From: a bacterium
GTDB lineage: Bacteria > Zixibacteria > MSB-5A5 > WJJR01
Direction of reading: 5' to 3'
NCBI GenBank assembly: GCA_021813505.1
Contig: JAKAKI010000040.1
Coordinates: 56,559 to 120,558 of the forward strand
Length of the DNA stretch: 64,000 bases
In this document: piece after piece, positions 54,428-63,358 of the stretch
How positions within the stretch are numbered: position 1 is the first letter of the stretch
Layout: each line of letters opens with the position of its first letter
Notes under the pieces: model-generated
What the model was told of the DNA's origin: nothing
What the model saw: the letters and a program-made list of their open reading frames with translations, nothing else
The model's database searches: none
Program-made: the position numbers and the translations under genes

Positions 54428-56491
54428 TTACTGGGACGGAGTTGGCGAAGTAGCGCACGTTGCGGCCAGCCCCTTGACGAGTTCCTCGGGCGCTCCAATC
54501 CGCTCCAATGGGATCGCGGCCATCAGCCGCGCTTTGAGGTCCTGGCAGCGTGCCCGGTCGCTCTCCGCTTGCGCCAGACTGAAGAACGCTGCGTAAGTCG
54601 CCTGTGCCACCCAGCGGGAGGGAGGCTCGAGCACAATTGTCGAATCCGCATACCCACGGCTGGAGTAATTCGTGAACAGGTTGGCAATCAACAGTGTCGT
54701 GTCGGTCGGCGGGCGCTCGACCGGCATCAATCGATGAACCAGACCCTCGGGACGCAGATAGGGCCTGAGCCAGCCGAGCTGTTGGAGTGCGAAGGATGTG
54801 AAGTAGATGGGACGTTGCCAGCGGTTTGCTTGGATCAGCCGGATGATGAAGTCGTCGTGGCCGAAGATGTAAGTCCTCTGGGCGGTGGGTGGTACATGCA
54901 ACCAGAGCGTGTCCGGCAGAGTGAATCGATCTGTCGGCCCGGTCCATCCCGATGTCGGGATGGCGATGGTTGTATCGCGCCATGCTCGGAATCCATGGGC
55001 TGCGATCTCTTCCGCTGTCATGGTCAAACCGACAGATGGCTTTTCGGCCAGAACCTGCGTCAGGTACCAGGCCGTATTCAGCAGGCTGACATTGGCGACA
55101 CTGACATCGGGACGCTGCCTCTCCACCATTTGCAGGTACCAGAGTGGGTAGGTGTCGACATCGGTTCCGGTGATCACAATGCTCTGTTGGGGCAGGGATG
55201 TCAGCAGGTTCCAGCCGAAATCGCTGGCGAAGTAAGTACGCGAGTGGTCGAGTTCCCTCCAGTTGGTAGTGAGCTGTGCCATTGCGCCGGCCGCCACCAG
55301 AACGCCTGCCGAAAGCACGACGATTCGCGTCCGGTATCTGTTCGCGATCATCGCAATGGCAACCGCGCCATAGACGATGAAAACGGCGAAGAGGACAAAC
55401 GAGGGCAGGTAATGCCGGTCCATGGCGCGGAAGAAATTCGCCGGCAGGTTGAAGTACACGATCGCACCAAGGCTCGTCATGCCAAAGAGAATCAGGAGAC
55501 CGATTGCCAGCCGCGCGCTACGGCGCCAAAGTACGATCAGGCCGAAGATGCCCAACAAAAGTGGTACCAGGCCAAGAGGTCCGAGGGGCCCATCAAGCGT
55601 TGCGAAGCTATCTGCAAAACCGCGCAGGTAATCGGCGACCTGCACCGTCCAGAAATCGCCCTTCCTTGGAAGTAAGTCGACGAGGAATCCACCGCCGTAC
55701 TGTTTTAGCGAGAGGTAGTCCCACAACGCGCCAATCGTACCGGGGTTGTTGGAATTCAACGCCGGCATGCGGCGCGCCATCGGGATCAAGAGGAGATGCA
55801 CGCAGACCCCAAGCGCCGTCCCGCCTGCACCAGCCGCCCACAATTGCCACCGGCGGAATAATGACCGGTGGCGCAGGAGGAACCAGACGACGATTCCCGG
55901 CAGCAACAGCAGATTCGTACGATGGACACTGAAATCAAGACCCAGGAGCAACATCACAACGAATGTGCGCCCCCACACGGATCCCGTCTCGGCATCTCTC
56001 CACCAGGCGAGCAGGGCCAGGAGGATCGCTGCCGTCAGAAAAGCGGTGAAAACATAGGGCGTGAACAAAGTTCCGTTGGACCAAAGCGTCCGGCTGAATG
56101 CGAAAGCGAGCACCGCAAGCGCTGCAACTGACGTGTACGCGGATTCGGGCGGGTGCGATTCTTGCGTACACGGTTGCCAGGTCCAAAGCCGGCGTGCGGC
56201 AATCAGGACCACCAGCACGGTCATGCCGGCCACAACTCCTGCCAGCAGGTTGAGCCAATGTGCGGGCGACGTGGTGAGCGGCAGCCTGAGTGCCAGCCAT
56301 CCGATGATTGTGGGAATCAACGCTCCCGGTGGGTGGACGATTCCCAACACACCGCTCGCAGCCGTCAGTTCACCGTTTTCCCACCAGGAGATGGTGGGGA
56401 AGGCCGTCCGCCAGAAGATTCCGATCGCGGCGAGGACACCAAGCGCAATGATCGCATTCCCGGCACGTGGTGATGAGTGCGTGAATGGCAT
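54428..56491 (-). CDS. DUF2723 / TMEM260-like GT-C glycosyltransferase
   Basis: PTISWWENGEL, GIVHPPG, many TMs, RHYLPS, DTYPLWYLQMVE..RPDV, RPIYF. Confidence 0.82.
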   Translation of the reverse strand: MPFTHSSPRAGNAIIALGVLAAIGIFWRTAFPTISWWENGELTAASGVLGIVHPPGALIPTIIGWLALRLPLTTSPAHWLNLLAGVVAGMTVLVVLIAARRLWTWQPCTQESHPPESAYTSVAALAVLAFAFSRTLWSNGTLFTPYVFTAFLTAAILLALLAWWRDAETGSVWGRTFVVMLLLGLDFSVHRTNLLLLPGIVVWFLLRHRSLFRRWQLWAAGAGGTALGVCVHLLLIPMARRMPALNSNNPGTIGALWDYLSLKQYGGGFLVDLLPRKGDFWTVQVADYLRGFADSFATLDGPLGPLGLVPLLLGIFGLIVLWRRSARLAIGLLILFGMTSLGAIVYFNLPANFFRAMDRHYLPSFVLFAVFIVYGAVAIAMIANRYRTRIVVLSAGVLVAAGAMAQLTTNWRELDHSRTYFASDFGWNLLTSLPQQSIVITGTDVDTYPLWYLQMVERQRPDVSVANVSLLNTAWYLTQVLAEKPSVGLTMTAEEIAAHGFRAWRDTTIAIPTSGWTGPTDRFTLPDTLWLHVPPTAQRTYIFGHDDFIIRLIQANRWQRPIYFTSFALQQLGWLRPYLRPEGLVHRLMPVERPPTDTTLLIANLFTNYSSRGYADSTIVLEPPSRWVAQATYAAFFSLAQAESDRARCQDLKARLMAAIPLERIGAPEELVKGLAATCATSPTPSQ

Positions 56492-56504
56492 GACGTCAAG
56501 AATG

Positions 56505-56533
56505 ATAATAACGCCATGTTTGCTATTTGTCAA
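56505..56533 (-). promoter_or_regulatory. Sigma70-type promoter of the DUF2723 gene
   Basis: TTGACA-17nt-TATTAT, 13 nt before ATG 56491. Confidence 0.6.
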
Positions 56534-56705
56534 ATTCTCGTGTTTCGTCGGGAGGGGACAACTTCACGGGAGCATGCCATCTTTTCATTATGGAGATCGT
56601 GGTAACTCCTTGCCAGACAGCACTGCGCAAGGGTGCGCAGCCCTCCCTCGAACGCCGATCATGCAAACCCTCCATTCGAGATTTCTCTCGATTGGCTTCG
56701 TTGCA

Positions 56706-56777
56706 GGGGAGGGTGGGGTTCCTGCCGAGCCACGTCTGCGTCGGGGGACATGGCTCGGCAGGAGCCTCGCCCTCCCC
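56706..56777. repeat. 27-bp imperfect inverted repeat (REPIN-like doublet)
   Basis: ggggagggtggggttcctgccgagcca ... tggctcggcaggagcctcgccctcccc, 24/27 match, 18-nt spacer. Confidence 0.75.
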
Positions 56778-56792
56778 AATACTCAGTGTGGC

Positions 56793-57296
56793 CTACACCT
56801 CCGGCGCAGGCATCCCATACTGGGACCATTCCTCCATCACCGGGCCGTAGATTCCCGGTGGCTGAATCCCTGCCTGGCGCAGCAGGACAAACATTTCGCC
56901 GCGATGATGCGCCTGATGTAAGAGGAGCGCGGTAATCGTCGTTCCCCGGTTCCAGCGCTCGCCGTACATCTCGTCCTCATTCAGGAGCGCTGCGTCATCC
57001 CACTTGGCTTTGATCTGCTGGACCAGCGACTTCGCCACCTGTGAGTAACCGGCCCTAATCGCCTCGACAGTGGCAGGCGTGGGGGCATCGACATTAGGCC
57101 CGGTGACCGCCAGACCAGTGCGGTTCATCATTTCCGGCACGGTGGTGACGATGTGCCACGCCAGTCTGCCCAGCGTACGGTGGCCGGGGGCAACCGCTTG
57201 TGAGAGTGCCTTGTCCGTGATCGCGCCCAATACGCGTTCCGTGGCTTGGCATTCGTGTTCCCAGTCTCTGATAAAATCGTCGACATTTCGATACAT
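56793..57296 (-). CDS. DinB/YfiT family protein
   Basis: RTLGRLAWHI, HQAHHRG, LRQAG..PPGIYGP; AGGAGG RBS. Confidence 0.88.
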   Translation of the reverse strand: MYRNVDDFIRDWEHECQATERVLGAITDKALSQAVAPGHRTLGRLAWHIVTTVPEMMNRTGLAVTGPNVDAPTPATVEAIRAGYSQVAKSLVQQIKAKWDDAALLNEDEMYGERWNRGTTITALLLHQAHHRGEMFVLLRQAGIQPPGIYGPVMEEWSQYGMPAPEV

Positions 57297-57511
57297 GGCG
57301 AATGGCCTCCTTTGCGCCATCAAATTGATGCACGCACCGAAATCGAATCAATCACTTTCTCAGGATCGACAGGAAGATCTGATGCCGCTGGAAGCGCGGC
57401 CAGCTTCACGAAATCCCTCCCGCAAAAACGGGCAACCAGTCGCGTGGGTGTGGCGCCACGACTTCGCGGGAAGGGGCGGAGGACGATTGCGGGCATTTAT
57501 CGACACAAGAG

Positions 57512-57540
57512 GGCCTGTGAGGATTGACTCCCCACAGGCC
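57512..57540 (-). terminator. Hairpin downstream of C10 peptidase
   Basis: ggcctgtg...cacaggcc stem followed on the minus strand by ctcttgt. Confidence 0.5.
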
Positions 57541-57567
57541 TGACGGTGACTAGCATCGAGATATCTG

Positions 57568-60375
57568 TCAAGGGCCACACGGGCTGATGGGATTCGCACC
57601 GCCGCTGAACGCCGTCGCGATCAGGAAAACCACATCAAAGACGTCGGTAACTCCATTGTCGTCGGCATCGCCACGGGTCCGAGTGCAACTTGCGTCCTGC
57701 GGATCATTATCTCCAGAGAACGCCACGCCAATGGTCGCAATGATGTCGAAGACATCGATAGCGCCATCGCCATTCAGATCTCCCTGCCACGGACAACTAC
57801 AGGGCGAGTAGAACGCGGTGAAGTATCGTGAGGTATCTATGCTGACCGTGATGGAAGGCTGCATGGCGAAATCGACACCGTCGCGTTGCCACTTATTGAA
57901 GAAACTGCCGGATGCCGACGTTGGTGCCTGCAATGTCACCGAAGCTCCCTGGTAGTAGTTCCGTGAGAAGGGTGTGGGGCCGCTCCCGAACCCGTCCTGA
58001 TCAACCAGGCTGACCGTGATCGGGACTCCGTCGGGTGGGTCCATCGAGAACACGATGATATCGAAACATTTGCCCATGGTAACGGATGCGGGCGGGCCGA
58101 CGGGACTGGTGCCGCAGCCGTTTCCCGCACGCAATTCATACGTCCAGGTTCCTGGAGTGGTCTTGATGATCCCCCACATGTTGGCGGCGCCGCAGTTCTG
58201 CCACACACCGCCGTTCTCGCGGATTTCATAGTACTCGGCATTGGGCACGGGATTCCAGCGTACCGCGCACTGCCGATTGACACACAGCGGGCTGGCGGGT
58301 TGGAATGTCAACTGACCTGGTGCGTCAGGGCCGGCGCCGCTCCCCGAGACAGTGATGCTGACCGGCGGGCTGGCGTTGCTGGCGCCACAGGCGTTGATCG
58401 CCCGGACCTCGTAGGTCCAGGTACCTGGAACTGCCTTCATTCCCATCCATAAAGTTATCAACCCCAGGTTTTGCCAGGCGCCTCCGTCTTCCCGAATCTG
58501 ATAATTGTCGGCTCCCGCGACCGGCGCCCAGGCCAGCGAGTATTGGGAGTTTGGGCATACAGCAGTCGGGGGAGTCGGCACTGGCTGCGATGGGGTTCCG
58601 GGGGCATTACTCTCCACGGTGATACTGATCGGTGTGCTTGTTGCTCCGGTTCCGCATCCCGATAGGGGGCGAACTTCGTATGTGTAAGTTCCGCTCACCG
58701 ATTGCATGAATGAGCGAGTTGTATCAGTCCCATTACTCGTCCAGCTCCCGCCATTCTCCCGAATCTCGTATCCGCTCGCGCCGGCGAGCGGGCGCCATGC
58801 GACCAAATACGTCGAGTTGGCGCACACCGGACTTCTTGGCGATGTCCACGGTAGTTGCACGGCCTGGCTGCACGGCAGATACACGGCGGTCATCGTATGA
58901 TTCATGTCTGTGGTGACGAGCACAGACGGACCGCCGGGGTAATCGATTCCATCACGCTGCCATTTGGCGAAGCTGTTGCCGGCGGCGCTTGCCGGCGTCA
59001 CCAAGGCAATGGATTTGTCGGGACTGTAATTCCGCATGAAGGGCGTCGAACCATTGGACTGCCCGTTCGTGTCGGCCGGGCTGACGGAGATGGCGACACC
59101 TGTGTCGGGATTGGCGGAGTTGACGGTCAGATACACATGGAAAGAGTCTGCGGAGGGTTTGATCCCCACGCGCATGTACTCGTACGTCGGGTCACTCCCG
59201 TACAGGCTGTCGATGAAGAACCAGCCGGTCGTCGATCCACCCCATCCGTAGTTGACGTGCATTTGATTGCCGGAGAAGATTCGCCAGCCATCGAGGACGG
59301 GAGCATGAGCGAGAGGATAGATCGCCATCTGCATCGGCCGGCGCGCCTCGCATTCGCTTTGAATGAGATCGAACCACCCCTGCGCCGAGTAATTGCTTCG
59401 GTATTCCAGATGAGTCCCGGCGTCATACCAGAAATACGTCGACCAGACATTAGTCTCGATATAGGCCCCGGAACCGTCACAGCCGTACATCATCTCGTAC
59501 GCGACGCCCAGATCGTAGCTGAGCCCGGACAATGCCTCCTGCTCTGCGGGAGTCCAACTGCCGCTTCCTCTGAGCGGCATATTCGCCCAATCGTACGTGT
59601 GGTTGAACGCCGCACAGAGCTGGGCGGAATTGCTTTGGCCGTGCCAATTGTAGCAGTGGCTGCCAAGTCCCTTGGAAGGCCATTGCCAGTATCGCATGAT
59701 CTGCGAAGCGCCGGTGGCCACACATCCAACCCACGTGCGGGTGCAGCCCCCATCCGGCGGGCACTTGAGATTCCAGGGGTAGCCCTGGCTCCAGGCATTA
59801 CCGCCAAGCAGGATATCCCCACCCGTCATCGGTTGCATGCCGGCCAACTGGACGGCAAATGACTGATCGTCGAGCGTGTAGACGTCCCAGGTGGATGGTG
59901 TGCGCGAGGTCGTCTTCTGGACCGTGACCGCGTTCAGGCTTCCGTACTTGGCGATAAACGTCCGGTCACGTGCGATCAGGATGTCCCGCAGCATCTGGAC
60001 CATGCCGATCGTGTCCTGCACATCAAGATCGCTCTCGTCGGAGTAGGCCATGACGGCCGGGAGGGCGGTGAGATAGGGCACGAGGACAAACCCGGTTGGA
60101 TCGATCGAATACAGAACTCCAAGCGCGGTGTCGCCGGCGGTCAGAACCTGCGAACTCCTGATGAGCGGCGTCACGCTCCCGGCCCAACTGCCCTGCTGGT
60201 TCACCATCGCGGTCAACCAATTGCCGCAGACCTGGTTCATCGCGTTTTGCCCGGCCACCTCGGCGTGAGCGGCACTGGCGATCAGCAATAGCCCAGCCAG
60301 CGCCATGCTCCCAAAGCAAACCAACCCACGACCACGTGACATCCGATGGATGAGTCGACGACCTGAAAGCGACAT
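57568..60375 (-). CDS. Secreted C10 (SpeB/streptopain-like) cysteine peptidase with repeat domains and C-terminal dockerin-like domain
   Basis: WSQGYPWN, GCVATGASQIM (Cys), HAPVLDG (His), HVNYGWGG; three FN3-like repeats; GDLNGDG.IDVFD...GDADDNG.TDVFD. Confidence 0.87.
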   Translation of the reverse strand: MSLSGRRLIHRMSRGRGLVCFGSMALAGLLLIASAAHAEVAGQNAMNQVCGNWLTAMVNQQGSWAGSVTPLIRSSQVLTAGDTALGVLYSIDPTGFVLVPYLTALPAVMAYSDESDLDVQDTIGMVQMLRDILIARDRTFIAKYGSLNAVTVQKTTSRTPSTWDVYTLDDQSFAVQLAGMQPMTGGDILLGGNAWSQGYPWNLKCPPDGGCTRTWVGCVATGASQIMRYWQWPSKGLGSHCYNWHGQSNSAQLCAAFNHTYDWANMPLRGSGSWTPAEQEALSGLSYDLGVAYEMMYGCDGSGAYIETNVWSTYFWYDAGTHLEYRSNYSAQGWFDLIQSECEARRPMQMAIYPLAHAPVLDGWRIFSGNQMHVNYGWGGSTTGWFFIDSLYGSDPTYEYMRVGIKPSADSFHVYLTVNSANPDTGVAISVSPADTNGQSNGSTPFMRNYSPDKSIALVTPASAAGNSFAKWQRDGIDYPGGPSVLVTTDMNHTMTAVYLPCSQAVQLPWTSPRSPVCANSTYLVAWRPLAGASGYEIRENGGSWTSNGTDTTRSFMQSVSGTYTYEVRPLSGCGTGATSTPISITVESNAPGTPSQPVPTPPTAVCPNSQYSLAWAPVAGADNYQIREDGGAWQNLGLITLWMGMKAVPGTWTYEVRAINACGASNASPPVSITVSGSGAGPDAPGQLTFQPASPLCVNRQCAVRWNPVPNAEYYEIRENGGVWQNCGAANMWGIIKTTPGTWTYELRAGNGCGTSPVGPPASVTMGKCFDIIVFSMDPPDGVPITVSLVDQDGFGSGPTPFSRNYYQGASVTLQAPTSASGSFFNKWQRDGVDFAMQPSITVSIDTSRYFTAFYSPCSCPWQGDLNGDGAIDVFDIIATIGVAFSGDNDPQDASCTRTRGDADDNGVTDVFDVVFLIATAFSGGANPISPCGP

Positions 60376-60613
60376 CTTTGGCCTCTTGTGATTTGTGAAT
60401 CGGTTCTCGATCATCAGCGACAACGGCACTGGACAGTAACTTTCCGCAATCCAATCGCGGCCGGGGGAGACGCGATCAAGGCGAAATATAGCACGATTTG
60501 CCGATTCCAGCAATCAGACTTCGGCCTCGAAAGTACGCGCTAGGCGGAAATAGACACTTGGGGTGAGAGAATTCAGAGCTGATCTGGTGTGATCTCGGCT
60601 TGAGGAGGAGCTC

Positions 60614-61390
60614 TCAGCCGCCGGCGCCGAACCAGCGGTCGTGGATCGTATCGTAGCGGCCATCATCCCTGATGGCTTTGAGGGCCATGTTGATGGCTTC
60701 GAGAAGCTCTTTGTCGTGGAGCCGGACTGCGAAGCCATAGCGCTCGGCGGTGAGGGTCGGAGGGATGATCTTGGCGGATTGGCGCTGCCGGATGATCATT
60801 TCGGTCGTGGGCAAATCATTGATGATGGCGTCGAGGCGTCCATTCTCCATGTCGATGAACGCCGCGCTGATATTGTCGAAGCTGACGACTGTGACACCCG
60901 GAATCTCTCGTGCGCGGCGTTCGCCGGTCGTCCCCAGTTGCACGCCCACCGACTTCCCCGACAGGTTTTCGACTCCCTTGGTAATCTCATCCTTGACCGG
61001 GACGGCCAGCGCCTGGCCGGCGTCGTAGTACGGATCGGTGAAGAGAACCTCCCGTGCCCGTTCGGTGGTGATGGTAAACGAGGAGGCGATCAAATCGTAC
61101 TTGCCGGTGCTCAATCCGGCAACGATCCCATCGAATGGTGTCACGACGAAATCCGGCGCGCAACGCAACTCGTGGCAAATCTCGGTGACCAAATCGATAT
61201 CAAACCCGGCGACTTTGCCCGTCTCCGTATCGACCGACTCGAATGGAGGATAGGTGGCGTCGGTGCCGACGCGCAACACGCCGGTGCTCTCAAGACGTTT
61301 GAGACCTGATTCGTCGCTGTGACTGCAGCCAAGAAGCGAAAGGAGCACGATCGAGGCCAGTCCCAGCGAAATCGTAAGAGCCCGGTTCAT
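60614..61390 (-). CDS. Polar amino-acid ABC substrate-binding lipoprotein (SBP family 3)
   Basis: LLGC lipobox, GTDATYPPFE, GFDIDL, ITTER, GVQLGTT; GGAG RBS before ATG 61390. Confidence 0.93.
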   Translation of the reverse strand: MNRALTISLGLASIVLLSLLGCSHSDESGLKRLESTGVLRVGTDATYPPFESVDTETGKVAGFDIDLVTEICHELRCAPDFVVTPFDGIVAGLSTGKYDLIASSFTITTERAREVLFTDPYYDAGQALAVPVKDEITKGVENLSGKSVGVQLGTTGERRAREIPGVTVVSFDNISAAFIDMENGRLDAIINDLPTTEMIIRQRQSAKIIPPTLTAERYGFAVRLHDKELLEAINMALKAIRDDGRYDTIHDRWFGAGG

Positions 61391-61457
61391 GAATCTCCGA
61401 TGTTTGAATGCTGCAAACATGGCCCAAAGATGTTGCGTCGATTGGGTTTGTTCAAGC

Positions 61458-61485
61458 AAAAACGCCCCGCCGGTGGCGGGGCGTT
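61458..61485 (-). terminator. Intrinsic terminator after the LiaF-like gene
   Basis: Minus strand aacgccccgcc-acc-ggcggggcgtt with a run of T at its 3' end. Confidence 0.75.
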
Positions 61486-61510
61486 CACTTACAGCATTGC
61501 CTCTTCCCCT

Positions 61511-62464
61511 TCAAATCGAGCCCGAGGACGCGGGCGATTCGGCCTGATGAAGCCGTAGCGAGGAGACGCCCGCCTCGATGCTCATTGTGATCTGAACGGC
61601 CTTGGTCTCAAACCCCGGTGTCTCCTGGTAATCACCCTGCTTTACCAGCGAGATACCCCCGGTGGACAGAGATCCCGCGGCAATCTCGCGGGTCAGCCGC
61701 AATCCCGCTCCTGCCGGAATCGTCATATCGACGGAGGCGGCCCCACAGTCAACATTGCACTCGACCCTGGGGGATTTGTCACCCAAAACCAGGTCCACGT
61801 CCGCTGCTCCGGAGGAGAGGTCGAGCTTCTGCAGAAGGACGTCGGCGAGGTTCAATCTGACCAGGGAGCCACCTGCTTCGACATTCAGATCAAGCGGCAC
61901 AGTATCGCAAACCCGGACATTCCAACGTTCACGGTCGTGTCCGCTTCCAATACTGATGTGTCCGCGATTGCTCGGCTGGGACAAGACCACGCGTAACGTG
62001 CTGCCTTCATGTTCGGTCGTGATGCGCGGCTTGCGGCCACGGTGCTGGAATCGGCCATCGACCAGAAGCCCCGGCGCCGCGCCGCCGGCGATGGTCAACC
62101 GCCCTCCGCCGAAATCGACCTTCAGTCGTACTTGCTGAACCGACGGGTTGGCGGACGCCCCCCAGTTCATTATATCGGGAGAAGAATCCGAATCGCTGTG
62201 GCTCCAGGAAGAGCCCCCGGTGGGATCGGCGACCACGACATAGGCGAAGGTCGCAACAATCAAGAGCGGGGAGAGGTAGGCCAGCGGCTTCATATTCTCG
62301 GATGACGAGAAGATCTTCTCGATGCCGATGGCGATCAGAAAGATCGGCCAAAAGACCAGAAGGTTCTCCCAAAGACTGACCGAGACAACGTCCAGTGTGT
62401 TCAACAGGAGGAACACGCCGACCAGAATTAACAGGATGCCGGTGCGCACTTTACCGACGCTCAT
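61511..62464 (-). CDS. LiaF/LiaI-like (DUF5668) TM domain plus beta-solenoid (toast-rack-like) protein
   Basis: GILLILVGVFLLL, FWPIFLIAIGI; repeated GAA/GGG.L.L beta repeats. Confidence 0.72.
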   Translation of the reverse strand: MSVGKVRTGILLILVGVFLLLNTLDVVSVSLWENLLVFWPIFLIAIGIEKIFSSSENMKPLAYLSPLLIVATFAYVVVADPTGGSSWSHSDSDSSPDIMNWGASANPSVQQVRLKVDFGGGRLTIAGGAAPGLLVDGRFQHRGRKPRITTEHEGSTLRVVLSQPSNRGHISIGSGHDRERWNVRVCDTVPLDLNVEAGGSLVRLNLADVLLQKLDLSSGAADVDLVLGDKSPRVECNVDCGAASVDMTIPAGAGLRLTREIAAGSLSTGGISLVKQGDYQETPGFETKAVQITMSIEAGVSSLRLHQAESPASSGSI

Positions 62465-62942
62465 TGTCCACCTCCGGAATGTTCGGGATCGTCCCTGTCG
62501 AATGGGATGCTTCGCGGTGCGGTCTGATCGAGTGGAAAATCAACACCACTCCGATGCCAACCAGAACCAGCGGCCAGATATAGCGGAAATCGAACCAGAA
62601 GAAGAGACGATTGAACAGGAAGATCAGGCCCAGCGCGATCAAAATCACCCCCGGGAGAAAACTCGGCCCGCGCTGCGGTACAGATTCCGGCATGGCAGGA
62701 GCGATCGCTGCGCTGGTGGCTGTTTCCCCCACTGGCGTGGATTGCGACGGTAATCCCGAAACCTGCCGGGGAATAACGATCCATGCCACCAGGTAGGTCA
62801 GAAGCCCGACACCCTGCGCAAAGATGGTGAGGACAAACAGAATCCGGATCCATGTTGGATCGATATCAAAATACTCACCGAGACCGGCACAGACGCCGCC
62901 GATGATTTTACCCTCCGTTGGCCGATATATCCGTTTCTTCAT
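62451..62942 (-). CDS. PspC-domain envelope-stress protein with LiaI-like TM
   Basis: IGGVCAGLGEYFDIDPTWIRI, YLVAWIVIP; WPLVLVGIG. Confidence 0.9.
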   Translation of the reverse strand: MKKRIYRPTEGKIIGGVCAGLGEYFDIDPTWIRILFVLTIFAQGVGLLTYLVAWIVIPRQVSGLPSQSTPVGETATSAAIAPAMPESVPQRGPSFLPGVILIALGLIFLFNRLFFWFDFRYIWPLVLVGIGVVLIFHSIRPHREASHSTGTIPNIPEVDNERR

Positions 62943-63118
62943 CCTGTACCTCCCTAAGGGCTCAAGAGACGCCCGAAGACGGGATGCCTCTGCCTGACAA
63001 TAAAGTACGCGATTTCCCGATTAAGGTTTCGTGGAATGCGGGTGGGCAAAAAGGCACCGTCGGCTGTGGCGGGGCACTTGGCCGTGAACGGGAAGAAGTG
63101 TGAACAAGTGGTCGTAGT

Positions 63119-63249
63119 GGGTGCCACGGACAAGCCTTCTCCGGCTTTTTGGAGAAGGCTTGTCCGTGTCTTTTCCGGAACCATCCCAAAAGACACGGAC
63201 AAGGAACGCCGAGCAAAGAGCCGCTCGGCCTTCCTTGTCCGTGGCACCC
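63119..63249. repeat. Nested palindromic element with four alternating cacggacaag cores
   Basis: 16-bp terminal IR gggtgccacggacaag/cttgtccgtggcaccc plus internal 18-, 16- and 13-bp stems. Confidence 0.85.
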
Positions 63250-63358
63250 GCTTGATCAACGTCAGGTGTCATTCGGGGAAAACGGAATACACAGAGATCA
63301 GGGGCACCAGGCACCTTGGTTACGACCAGAGGTTCTCAACTCACAGAGGACTACTCAT

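Noticed and set aside
61391-61459. Longer SBP start at 61459
   Set aside because: Begins inside a terminator tail; RBS and lipobox spacing fit ATG 61390
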